This document shows, piece by piece, positions 1 to 8,209 of a DNA stretch of 9,920 nucleotides. The stretch is from a virus (taxonomy: Duplodnaviria > Heunggongvirae > Uroviricota > Caudoviricetes), in IMG/VR virus record IMGVR_UViG_2690316105_000015, positions 1 to 9,920 of that record; one strand, 5' to 3'. The notes under the pieces are model-generated. The model saw nothing but the letters and a program-made list of their open reading frames with translations, was not told the DNA's origin and made no database searches. Position 1 is the first letter of the stretch; each line of letters opens with the position of its first letter. The position numbers were made by a program, and so were the translations under genes.

Positions 1-3000
1 CGCCTGCTGGTTCAGATACAGCGTAACGGTGGCTGGGTGACGGAAAAAGACATCACCATTAAGGGCAAAACCACCTCGCAGTATCTGGCCTCGGTGGTGG
101 TGGATAACCTGCCGCCGCGCCCGTTTAATATCCGGATGCGCAGAATGACGCCGGACAGCACCACAGACCAGCTGCAGAACAAAACGCTCTGGTCGTCATA
201 CACCGAAATCATCGATGTGAAACAGTGCTACCCGAACACGGCACTGGTCGGCGTACAGGTGGATTCGGAGCAGTTCGGCAGCCAGCAGGTGAGCCGTAAT
301 TATCATCTTCGCGGGCGCATTCTGCAGGTGCCGTCGAACTATAATCCGCAGACGCGGCAATACAGCGGTATCTGGGACGGAACGTTAAAACCGGCATACA
401 GCAACAACATGGCCTGGTGTCTGTGGGATATGCTGACCCATCCGCGCTATGGCATGGGGAAACGTCTTGGTGCGGCAGATGTGGATAAATGGGCGCTGTA
501 TGTCATCGGCCAGTACTGTGACCAGTCGGTGCCGGACGGCTTTGGCAGCACGGAGCCGCGCATCACCTGTAATGCCTGGCTGACCACACAGCGCAAGGCG
601 TGGGATGTGCTCAGTGATTTCTGCTCGGCGATGCGCTGTATGCCGGTATGGAACGGGCAGACGCTGACGTTCGTGCAGGACCGACCATCGGATAAGGTGT
701 GGACCTATAACCGCAGTAATGTGGTGATGCCGGATGATGGCGCGCCGTTCCGCTACAGTTTCAGCGCCCTGAAAGACCGCCATAATGCCGTTGAGGTGAA
801 CTGGATTGACCCGGATAACGGCTGGGAGACGGCGACAGAGCTTGTGGAGGATACGCAGGCCATTGTCCGTTACGGTCGTAACGTCACGAAGATGGATGCC
901 TTTGGCTGTACCAGCCGGGGGCAGGCACACCGCGCCGGGCTGTGGCTGATTAAAACGGAACTGCTGGAGACGCAGACCGTGGATTTCAGCGTGGGTGCTG
1001 AAGGGCTTCGTCATGTACCGGGCGATGTCATTGAAATCTGCGATGATGACTATGCCGGTATCCGCACCGGCGGGCGCGTGCTGGCGGTGAACAGCCAGAC
1101 CCGGACGCTGACGCTTGACCGTGAAATCACGCTGCCATCCTCCGGCACCACGCTGATAAGCCTGGTTGACGGGCAGGGGAATCCGGTCAGCGTGGAGGTC
1201 CAGTCCGTCACCGACGGCGTGAAGGTAAAAGTGAGCCGTGTTCCTGACGGTGTTGCTGAATACAGCGTGTGGGGGCTGAAGCTGCCGACGCTGCACCAGC
1301 GATTGTTCCGCTGCGTGAGTATCCGTGAGAACGACGACGGCACGTATGCCATCACCGCCGTGCAGCATGTGCCGGAAAAAGAAGCCATCGTGGATAACGG
1401 GGCGCACTTTGACGGCGACCAGAGCGGCACGGTGAATGGTGTCACGCCGCCAGCGGTGCAGCACCTGACTGCCGAAGTCACCGCAGACAGCGGGGAATAT
1501 CAGGTGCTGGCGCGCTGGGACACGCCGAAGGTGGTGAAGGGCGTGAGCTTCCTGCTCCGTCTGACCGTAACAGCGGATGACGGCAGTGAGCGGCTGGTCA
1601 GCACGGCCCGGACGACGGAAACCACTTACCGCTTCACACAACTGGCGCTGGGGAACTACAGGCTGACAGTCCGGGCAGTAAATGCGTGGGGGCAGCAGGG
1701 CGATCCGGCGTCGGTATCGTTCCGGATTGCCGCACCGGCAGCGCTGTCGCGGATTGAGCTGACGCCGGGCTATTTTCAGATAACCGCCACGCCGCATCTT
1801 GCGGTTTATGATCCGACGGTACAGTTTGAGTTCTGGTTCTCGGAAAAGCGGATTGCGGATATCAGGCAGGTTGAAACCACAGCACGCTATCTTGGCACGG
1901 CGCTGTACTGGATAGCCGCCAGTATCAATATCAAACCGGGCCATGATTATTACTTTTATATCCGCAGTGTGAACACCGTTGGCAAATCGGCATTCGTGGA
2001 GGCTGTTGGTCAGCCGAGTGATGATGCATCCGGTTATCTGGATTTTTTCAAAGGCGAGATAGGGAAAACCCATCTGGCTCAGGAGCTGTGGACGCAGATT
2101 GATAACGGTCAGCTTGCGCCTGACCTGGCTGAAATCAGGACGTCCATTACGGATGTCAGCAATGAAATCACGCAGACCGTCAATAAGAAACTGGAAGACC
2201 AGAGTGCGGCAATTCAGCAGATACAGAAGGTTCAGGTTGATACAAATAATAACCTGAACAGCATGTGGGCTGTGAAGCTGCAGCAGATGCAGGACGGACG
2301 CCTTTATATCGCGGGTATTGGTGCCGGTATTGAGAACACCCCTGACGGCATGCAGAGTCAGGTGCTGCTGGCGGCGGACAGGATTGCGATGGTTAATCCT
2401 GCGAATGGCAACACAAAACCGATGTTTGTTGGTCAGGGCGATCAGATATTCATGAACGACGTGTTCCTGAAACGCCTGACGGCCCCCACCATTACCAGCG
2501 GTGGAAATCCATCGGCATTTTCCCTGACTCCGGACGGAAAGCTGACCGCTAAAAATGCGGATATCAGTGGCAGTGTGAATGCGAACGCCGGGACGCTCAA
2601 CAATGTCACGGTAAATGAAAACTGTACGATTAAGGGCATGCTGGAGGCGACTCAGGTCAGAGGTGACTTCGTTAAAGCTGTATCCAAATCATTTCCGAAA
2701 CAGGCTGGTACGTGGGGTAACACGGAAACACCAAACGGGACGGTTACAGTCACCATAAGCGATGATCATAACTTTGACCGCCAGATTATTATTCCGCCCA
2801 TTATTTTTAACGGTATAGCGTATGACGATCCGGGGAGCGGAAATAACCCAGGAGGCACGCGATACACGGGTTATGGTTTTGAAGTTCGCAAAAACGGCGT
2901 ATTAATCGCATCCAGAGAAACTAAAGGTGCCATTCCCGGTAGTTACAGTGCAGTTATTGATATGCCTAGTGGTGGTGGTAGCGTCACTCTGGAGTTTAAG

Positions 3001-3093
3001 ATTTTCCAGAAAGGCAATCAGGGGGCAGGCAATATCACCGACTGTACGGTGATTGTGACCAAAAAAGCGGCTTCCGGCATCAGTATTCGTTGA
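1..3093 (+). CDS. J: Host specificity protein J (central tail fibre / tip attachment protein), 5'-partial; the reading frame is open from base 1, so the gene starts upstream of the window
   Basis: Frame 1 is open from position 1 to TGA at 3091-3093 (the ORF track lists the first in-frame Met at 37). The translation reads like lambda gpJ over most of its length as I remember it (e.g. [63 protein letters not shown], fibronectin-III-like segment around [22 protein letters not shown]). Gene order J-lom-stf-tfa matches lambda. Confidence 0.93.
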   Translation, partial: RLLVQIQRNGGWVTEKDITIKGKTTSQYLASVVVDNLPPRPFNIRMRRMTPDSTTDQLQNKTLWSSYTEIIDVKQCYPNTALVGVQVDSEQFGSQQVSRNYHLRGRILQVPSNYNPQTRQYSGIWDGTLKPAYSNNMAWCLWDMLTHPRYGMGKRLGAADVDKWALYVIGQYCDQSVPDGFGSTEPRITCNAWLTTQRKAWDVLSDFCSAMRCMPVWNGQTLTFVQDRPSDKVWTYNRSNVVMPDDGAPFRYSFSALKDRHNAVEVNWIDPDNGWETATELVEDTQAIVRYGRNVTKMDAFGCTSRGQAHRAGLWLIKTELLETQTVDFSVGAEGLRHVPGDVIEICDDDYAGIRTGGRVLAVNSQTRTLTLDREITLPSSGTTLISLVDGQGNPVSVEVQSVTDGVKVKVSRVPDGVAEYSVWGLKLPTLHQRLFRCVSIRENDDGTYAITAVQHVPEKEAIVDNGAHFDGDQSGTVNGVTPPAVQHLTAEVTADSGEYQVLARWDTPKVVKGVSFLLRLTVTADDGSERLVSTARTTETTYRFTQLALGNYRLTVRAVNAWGQQGDPASVSFRIAAPAALSRIELTPGYFQITATPHLAVYDPTVQFEFWFSEKRIADIRQVETTARYLGTALYWIAASINIKPGHDYYFYIRSVNTVGKSAFVEAVGQPSDDASGYLDFFKGEIGKTHLAQELWTQIDNGQLAPDLAEIRTSITDVSNEITQTVNKKLEDQSAAIQQIQKVQVDTNNNLNSMWAVKLQQMQDGRLYIAGIGAGIENTPDGMQSQVLLAADRIAMVNPANGNTKPMFVGQGDQIFMNDVFLKRLTAPTITSGGNPSAFSLTPDGKLTAKNADISGSVNANAGTLNNVTVNENCTIKGMLEATQVRGDFVKAVSKSFPKQAGTWGNTETPNGTVTVTISDDHNFDRQIIIPPIIFNGIAYDDPGSGNNPGGTRYTGYGFEVRKNGVLIASRETKGAIPGSYSAVIDMPSGGGSVTLEFKIFQKGNQGAGNITDCTVIVTKKAASGISIR

Positions 3094-3115
3094 AATATTT
3101 ATAACCCCAATAAAT

Positions 3116-3139
3116 GGCGTCAGGAATGACGCCTTTTTT
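3116..3139 (+). terminator. Intrinsic (rho-independent) terminator downstream of J
   Basis: Perfect 7-bp GC-rich stem GGCGTCA (3116-3122) / TGACGCC (3127-3133), 4-nt loop GGAA, followed by T6 (3134-3139); lies 23 nt after the J stop codon. Confidence 0.8.
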
Positions 3140-3163
3140 ATTGCAGAAAAGCGAGAGGTAATT

Positions 3164-3763
3164 ATGCGTAAAGTTTGTGCAGCCATTTTGTCCGCAGCCA
3201 TTTGCCTGGCCGTATCCGGTGCGCCTGCATGGGCGTCTGAACATCAGTCCACGCTGAGCGCGGGGTATCTTCATGCCCGGACCAACGTTCCCGGCAGTGA
3301 TGATCTGAACGGGATTAACGTGAAATACCGTTATGAGTTTACGGACACACTGGGGCTGGTGACGTCATTCAGCTATGCAGGAGACAAGAATCGCCAGCTG
3401 ACCCGTTACAGCGATACCCGCTGGCATGAAGATTCCGTTCGTAACCGCTGGTTCAGCGTAATGGCGGGGCCGTCTGTGCGCGTGAATGAATGGTTCAGCG
3501 CGTATGCGATGGTGGGTGTGGCTTACAGCCGTGTGTCGACTTTCTCCGGGGATTATCTCCGCGTAACTGACAATAAGGGGAAAACGCACGATGTGCTGAC
3601 CGGAAGTGATGACGGTCGCCACAGCAACACGTCTCTGGCGTGGGGAGCTGGCGTGCAGTTTAACCCGACCGAATCCGTGGCCATTGATGTCGCTTATGAA
3701 GGCTCCGGCAGTGGTGACTGGCGCACTGACGGGTTCATCGTGGGTGTTGGTTATAAATTCTGA
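3164..3763 (+). CDS. lom: Outer membrane protein Lom (Ail/Lom family beta-barrel; prophage moron)
   Basis: 199-aa ORF with ATG at 3164 preceded by GAGAGG (3153-3158). N-terminal signal peptide MRKVCAAILSAAICLAVSGAPAWA. The protein reads as near-identical to lambda Lom as I recall it and ends in the typical outer-membrane beta-barrel C-terminus ...GFIVGVGYKF. Confidence 0.95.
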   Translation: MRKVCAAILSAAICLAVSGAPAWASEHQSTLSAGYLHARTNVPGSDDLNGINVKYRYEFTDTLGLVTSFSYAGDKNRQLTRYSDTRWHEDSVRNRWFSVMAGPSVRVNEWFSAYAMVGVAYSRVSTFSGDYLRVTDNKGKTHDVLTGSDDGRHSNTSLAWGAGVQFNPTESVAIDVAYEGSGSGDWRTDGFIVGVGYKF

Positions 3764-3789
3764 TTAGCCAGGTAACACAGTGTTATGAC

Positions 3790-3816
3790 AGCCCGCCGGT
3801 TCAGGCGGGCTTTTTT
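3790..3816 (+). terminator. Intrinsic terminator downstream of lom
   Basis: Stem AGCCCGCC (3790-3797) / GGCGGGCT (3804-3811), 6-nt loop GGTTCA, followed by a T run (3811-3816); lies between the lom stop and the stf start. Confidence 0.85.
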
Positions 3817-3827
3817 GTGGGGTGAAT

Positions 3828-6800
3828 ATGGCAGTAAAAATTTCAGGTGTACTGAAAGACGGCACAGGAAAACCGGTACAGAACTGCACAATCCAGCTGA
3901 AAGCAAAACGTAACAGCACCACGGTGGTGGTGAACACGCTGGCCTCAGAAAATCCGGATGAAGCCGGGCGTTACAGCATGGACGTTGAGTACGGTCAGTA
4001 CAGCGTTATTCTGTTGGTGGANNNNNNNNNNNNNATTTCAGGTGTACTGAAAGACGGCACAGGAAAACCGGTACAGAACTGCACAATCCAGCTGAAAGCA
4101 AAACGTAACAGTACCACGGTGGTGGTGAACACGCTGGCATCTGAAAATCCGGATGAAGCCGGGCGTTACAGTATGGACGTTGAGTACGGTCAGTACAGCG
4201 TTATTCTGTTGGTGGAAGGATTCCCGCCGTCACATGCCGGGACCATCACAGTGTATGAAGATTCCCGACCCGGTACGCTGAATGATTTTCTCGGTGCCAT
4301 GACGGAGGATGATGCCCGTCCGGAGGCACTGCGCCGTTTTGAGCTGATGGTGGAAGAGGTGGCGCGTAACGCGTCCGTGGTGGCACAGAACACGGCAGCC
4401 GCGAAGAAGTCAGCCAGTGATGCCAGCACATCAGCCCGTGAGGCGGCAACCCATGCGACTGATGCTGCAGGCTCAGCACGCGCAGCCAGCACGTCAGCCG
4501 GACAGGCCGCGTCGTCGGCTCAGTCAGCGACTTCCAGCGCAGGAACGGCATCAACAAAGGCCACTGAAGCATCAAAAAGTGCTGCCGCTGCAGAGTCCTC
4601 AAAAAGCGCGGCAGCTACCAGTGCCAGTGCCGCGAAAACGTCAGAAACGAATGCGGCAGCGTCACAACAATCAGCAGCCACTTCTGCATCCACCGCGACT
4701 ACGAAAGCGTCAGAAGCTGCCACCTCAGCCCGGGATGCGGCGGCTTCAAAAGAGGCGGCAAAATCATCAGAAACGAACGCATCCTCGAGCGCCAGTAGCG
4801 CAGCTTCCTCGGCAACAGCGGCAGGAAATTCCGCGAAGGCGGCAAAAACGTCAGAGACGAACGCCAGGTCTTCTGAAACGGCAGCGGGACAGAGCGCCTC
4901 GGCTGCGGCAGGCTCAAAAACAGCGGCTGCGTCGTCTGCCAGTGCAGCGTCAACAAGTGCCGGGCAGGCCTCAGCCAGTGCCACCGCCGCCGGAAAATCG
5001 GCAGAAAGCGCCGCATCGTCTGCTTCAACAGCCACAACGAAGGCTGGCGAAGCCACTGAACAGGCCAGCGCAGCAGCGAGGTCTGCTTCCGCAGCGAAGA
5101 CATCCGAAACGAACGCGAAAGCGTCGGAAACCAGCGCAGAATCCTCAAAAACGGCTGCCGCATCGTCCGCCAGTTCGGCGGCGTCATCGGCATCATCTGC
5201 GTCTGCTTCAAAAGATGAGGCGACCAGACAAGCGTCAGCAGCGAAGAGCAGCGCCACGACGGCATCCACGAAGGCGACAGAGGCAGCTGGCAGTGCGACG
5301 GCGGCAGCTCAGAGCAAAAGTACGGCGGAATCCGCGGCAACGCGCGCCGAGACAGCAGCTAAACGGGCAGAGGATATTGCATCCGCCGTGGCGCTTGAGG
5401 ATGCAAGTACGACGAAAAAGGGGATAGTACAGCTCAGCAGTGCGACCAACAGCACATCTGAAACGCTTGCCGCGACACCGAAGGCAGTTAAAGCAGCGAA
5501 TGACAATGCGAATGGCAGGGTACCATCTAACCGAAAAGTTAACGGGAAAGCACTGACTGCGGATATAACATTAACACCGAAAGATATTGGCACTTTAAAT
5601 TCAGTAACGATCTCTTTCTCTGGCGGGGCAGGGTGGTTCAAACTGGCAACGGTTACCATGCCACAAGCGAGTTCCATCGTTTACATCGCATTGATTGGTG
5701 GCGCTGGTTACAACGTCGGCTCCCCACATCAGGCAGGCATTTCAGAACTGGTTCTACGAGCAGGCAATGGAAACCCCAAAGGGATTACCGGAGCTTTGTG
5801 GAAGCGTACAGCCGTCGGATTAACGAATTTCGCCTGGATCAACACATCCGGCGATACATATGATATTTACGTTGAGATTGGCAATTATGCGACGAGTGTA
5901 AATATCCATTGGGATTGTACTACAAATGCGTCAGTTTCTATTTATACCTCGCCAACATATTCAGCGAGTAAGCCTTCCAGCGTTACCGGTGGTGTTGTTT
6001 ATACGATGTATAGCTCACATCAGAAACCTACACCATCAGATATTGGAGCGCTGCCAACGACTGGAGGGACTATTTCAGGTCCGTTGTCTGTTACTGATGG
6101 GATCACCGGGGCACTGAAGGGGAACGCCGATACCGCGACGAAACTTGCGGCAGCCCCAAAAATTAACGGTGTTAAGTTTGATGGCTCGGCGGATATTAAC
6201 CTCACGCCGGAAAATATTGGTGCATTTGCCCGACGTTCGACGGGGGCTTATGCGGATTCGGATGGAGCCGTTCCCTGGAATGCCGAATCAGGCGCTTACA
6301 ATGTCACCCGCTCTGGCAACAGCTATATTCTGGTTAACTTCTATACCGGAGTCGGAAGTTGCCGGACCTTGCAGATGAAGGCACATTACAGAAATGGAGG
6401 TCTGTTCTACCGTTCCTCAAGAGATGGCTATGGTTTTGAGGAAGACTGGGCAGAAGTTTATACCTCGAAAAATCTTCCACCAGAAAGCTACCCAGTCGGC
6501 GCACCAATCCCGTGGCCATCAGATACCGTTCCGTCTGGTTATGCCCTGATGCAGGGGCAGACTTTTGACAAATCTGCTTACCCGAAACTTGCAGCCGCTT
6601 ATCCGTCAGGTGTGATCCCTGATATGCGTGGCTGGACGATTAAGGGCAAACCTGCCAGTGGTCGGGCCGTATTGTCTCAGGAACAGGACGGCATTAAATC
6701 GCACACCCACAGCGCCAGCGTATCCAGTACGGATTTGGGGACGAAAAACACATCGTCGTTTGATTACGGAACCAAATCCACGAATAACACCGGGGCGCAT

Positions 6801-7181
6801 ACCCATAGTATTAGCGGGACTGCAAATAGTGCCGGTGCGCACCAACACAAGAGTTCCGGTGCATTTGGTGGCACGAACACGAGCATTTTCCCTAATGGTT
6901 ATACCGCGATTTCAAATCTAAGCGCGGGGATTATGAGCACAACAAGCGGTAGTGGCCAGACTCGTAATGCAGGGAAGACATCATCAGATGGTGCTCATAC
7001 CCACTCGCTGTCCGGCACTGCTGCAAGCGCAGGCGCACATGCACATACTGTCGGTATTGGTGCTCATACGCACTCCGTTGCGATTGGCTCACATGGACAC
7101 ACCATCACCGTTAACGCTGCTGGTAACGCGGAAAACACCGTCAAAAACATCGCATTTAACTATATTGTGAGGCTTGCATAA
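3828..7181 (+). CDS. stf: Side tail fibre protein Stf; the reading frame passes through a 13-N gap (4022-4034) and a duplicated 182-bp segment, so the true length is probably 65 codons shorter
   Basis: ATG at 3828 (the ORF track starts at an upstream GTG, 3822), stop TAA 7179-7181. Conserved N-terminus [26 protein letters not shown], long Ala/Ser/Thr-rich fibrous repeat region, and a C-terminus ...[22 protein letters not shown] that matches lambda Stf from memory. His-x-His repeats near the C-terminus. Confidence 0.88.
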   Translation: MAVKISGVLKDGTGKPVQNCTIQLKAKRNSTTVVVNTLASENPDEAGRYSMDVEYGQYSVILLVXXXXXISGVLKDGTGKPVQNCTIQLKAKRNSTTVVVNTLASENPDEAGRYSMDVEYGQYSVILLVEGFPPSHAGTITVYEDSRPGTLNDFLGAMTEDDARPEALRRFELMVEEVARNASVVAQNTAAAKKSASDASTSAREAATHATDAAGSARAASTSAGQAASSAQSATSSAGTASTKATEASKSAAAAESSKSAAATSASAAKTSETNAAASQQSAATSASTATTKASEAATSARDAAASKEAAKSSETNASSSASSAASSATAAGNSAKAAKTSETNARSSETAAGQSASAAAGSKTAAASSASAASTSAGQASASATAAGKSAESAASSASTATTKAGEATEQASAAARSASAAKTSETNAKASETSAESSKTAAASSASSAASSASSASASKDEATRQASAAKSSATTASTKATEAAGSATAAAQSKSTAESAATRAETAAKRAEDIASAVALEDASTTKKGIVQLSSATNSTSETLAATPKAVKAANDNANGRVPSNRKVNGKALTADITLTPKDIGTLNSVTISFSGGAGWFKLATVTMPQASSIVYIALIGGAGYNVGSPHQAGISELVLRAGNGNPKGITGALWKRTAVGLTNFAWINTSGDTYDIYVEIGNYATSVNIHWDCTTNASVSIYTSPTYSASKPSSVTGGVVYTMYSSHQKPTPSDIGALPTTGGTISGPLSVTDGITGALKGNADTATKLAAAPKINGVKFDGSADINLTPENIGAFARRSTGAYADSDGAVPWNAESGAYNVTRSGNSYILVNFYTGVGSCRTLQMKAHYRNGGLFYRSSRDGYGFEEDWAEVYTSKNLPPESYPVGAPIPWPSDTVPSGYALMQGQTFDKSAYPKLAAAYPSGVIPDMRGWTIKGKPASGRAVLSQEQDGIKSHTHSASVSSTDLGTKNTSSFDYGTKSTNNTGAHTHSISGTANSAGAHQHKSSGAFGGTNTSIFPNGYTAISNLSAGIMSTTSGSGQTRNAGKTSSDGAHTHSLSGTAASAGAHAHTVGIGAHTHSVAIGSHGHTITVNAAGNAENTVKNIAFNYIVRLA
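3840..4216 (+). repeat. Direct tandem duplication of 182 bp (copy 1 3840-4021, copy 2 4035-4216) separated by a 13-N assembly gap (4022-4034)
   Basis: The two copies align base-for-base at an offset of 195 nt, with 4 differences (3917 C/T, 3944 C/A, 3947 A/T, 3977 C/T). All four fall on third codon positions and are synonymous in the stf frame. Confidence 0.9.
4370..5420 (+). repeat. Low-complexity Ala/Ser/Thr-rich coding repeat region inside stf, with a recurring K-T/S-S-E-T-N-A unit
   Basis: Repeated nucleotide units such as gcgaaaacgtcagaaacgaatgcg (about 4625), gcaaaatcatcagaaacgaacgca (about 4757), gcaaaaacgtcagagacgaacgcc (about 4845) and gcgaagacatccgaaacgaacgcg (about 5094). This region also generates long spurious ORFs in other frames on both strands. 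Confidence 0.8.
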
Positions 7182-7765
7182 TGGTATTCAGAATGAGTGA
7201 ACAACCACGGACCATAACAATTTATAATCTGCTGGCCGGAACTAATGAATTTATTGGTGAAGGTGATGCATATATTCCGCCTCATACAGGTCTGCCAGCA
7301 AACAGTACCGATATTGCACCGCCAGATATTCCGGCAGGCTTCGTGGCTGTTTTCAACAGTGATGAGGCATCGTGGCATCTCGTTGAAGATCATCGGGGTA
7401 AAACGGTTTATGACGTGGCTTCCGGCGACGCGTTATTTATTTCTGAACTCGGTCCGTTACCGGAAAATGTTACCTGGTTATCGCCGGAAGGGGAGTTTCA
7501 GAAGTGGAACGGCACAGCCTGGGTGAAGGATACGGAAGCAGAAAAACTGTTCCGGATCCGGGAGGCGGAAGAAACAAAAAACAACCTGATGCAGGTAGCC
7601 AGTGAGCATATTGCGCCGCTTCAGGATGCTGCAGATCTGGAAATCGCAACGGAGGAAGAAACCTCGTTGCTTGAAGCCTGGAAGAAGTATCGAGTGTTGC
7701 TGAATCGTGTTGATACATCAACTGCACCTGATATTGAGTGGCCTACAGTACCTGTTATGGAATAA
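7181..7765 (+). CDS. tfa: Tail fibre assembly protein Tfa (chaperone for Stf)
   Basis: ATG at 7181 overlaps the stf stop by 1 nt (taATGg), indicating translational coupling. The 194-aa product [54 protein letters not shown]... reads like lambda Tfa as I remember it. Stop TAA at 7763-7765. Confidence 0.95.
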   Translation: MVFRMSEQPRTITIYNLLAGTNEFIGEGDAYIPPHTGLPANSTDIAPPDIPAGFVAVFNSDEASWHLVEDHRGKTVYDVASGDALFISELGPLPENVTWLSPEGEFQKWNGTAWVKDTEAEKLFRIREAEETKNNLMQVASEHIAPLQDAADLEIATEEETSLLEAWKKYRVLLNRVDTSTAPDIEWPTVPVME

Positions 7766-7822
7766 TCGTTACTGCTGTAGCCATAATAACGTCATATACA
7801 AGAGCTTGCTGGACTACGAAGA

Positions 7823-8030
7823 ATGCGCGCTGATTTTGAAGATAAAATCAGTGGTACAAAGTCCGAAAGGCCTGGGCTGAAAAAACTACTCAGAATATTA
7901 TCGGCAGGTGACACACTGATTGTCTGAAAGCTGGACTGACTGGGGGCGTTTTTTCTTCCATGTTATGGGGCTCAGGCCGAAATGGAACGTGGACTGACTG
8001 TTAAGAGAACAATAGTCGGGTTTTGAGGCT
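7823..8030 (+). pseudogene. Remnant of a Pin/Gin/Hin-family serine DNA invertase: truncated, with in-frame stops, an internal deletion and a frameshift
   Basis: Translation from 7823 gives MRADFEDKISGTKSERPGLKKLLRILSAGDTLIV*KLD*LG, matching the conserved invertase core ...FEDKxSGTxxDRPGLKxxLxxLxxGDTLVVWKLDRLG. The expected Trp and Arg codons are TGA here (7925-7927 and 7937-7939). A further fragment RFFFHVMG / AQAEMERGLTVKRTIVGF follows in shifted frames and corresponds to RFFFHVMGALAEMERELIIERT. The N-terminal catalytic-serine segment and the C-terminal HTH domain are absent. Confidence 0.7.
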
Positions 8031-8153
8031 GCGAGATTACATAGAGTTAATTGGTTGGTTAATAGGGTATAGAGGTTATCCAACTATTCGTTACGACATA
8101 TATTGTTGTTACCTACAAGTTATGAAAAATATATGATTTTATTAATCTTTTGT

Positions 8154-8192
8154 ATGTGCAGATTAATACTTAATACGCATCAATCTGCACAT
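8154..8192. terminator. Perfect 11-bp inverted repeat (hairpin) between the convergent prophage genes and the RT-TIR gene; possible bidirectional terminator
   Basis: ATGTGCAGATT (8154-8164) and its exact reverse complement AATCTGCACAT (8182-8192), 17-nt loop. Followed on the + strand by the T-rich TTGCTTTTG, and lies 18 nt downstream of the RT-TIR stop codon on the - strand. The loop is long for a classical intrinsic terminator. Confidence 0.35.
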
Positions 8193-8209
8193 TTGCTTTT
8201 GTGAGAGAA

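Noticed and set aside
385-2073. 562-aa ORF on the - strand inside J (also 1050..1481 -)
   Set aside because: Antisense to a well-supported, lambda J-like coding frame. Its Arg/Pro/Gly-rich product is typical of a spurious open frame on the opposite strand of a GC-rich gene, with no recognisable motifs.
4190-5677. Several long overlapping ORFs on both strands (4190..4492 -, 4246..4602 -, 4417..5427 +, 4520..5269 -, 4699..5340 -, 5309..5677 -)
   Set aside because: All lie within the Ala/Ser-rich repeat region of stf; GCN/TCN-rich repeats leave alternative frames stop-free. The products are low-complexity (Arg/Gln/Pro or Ala/Asp runs) and the stf frame is the one with conserved termini.
7898-8083. 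61-aa ORF on the - strand across the invertase remnant
   Set aside because: Antisense to the recognisable Pin-like fragment; no ribosome-binding site or motif support. Most likely a chance open frame.
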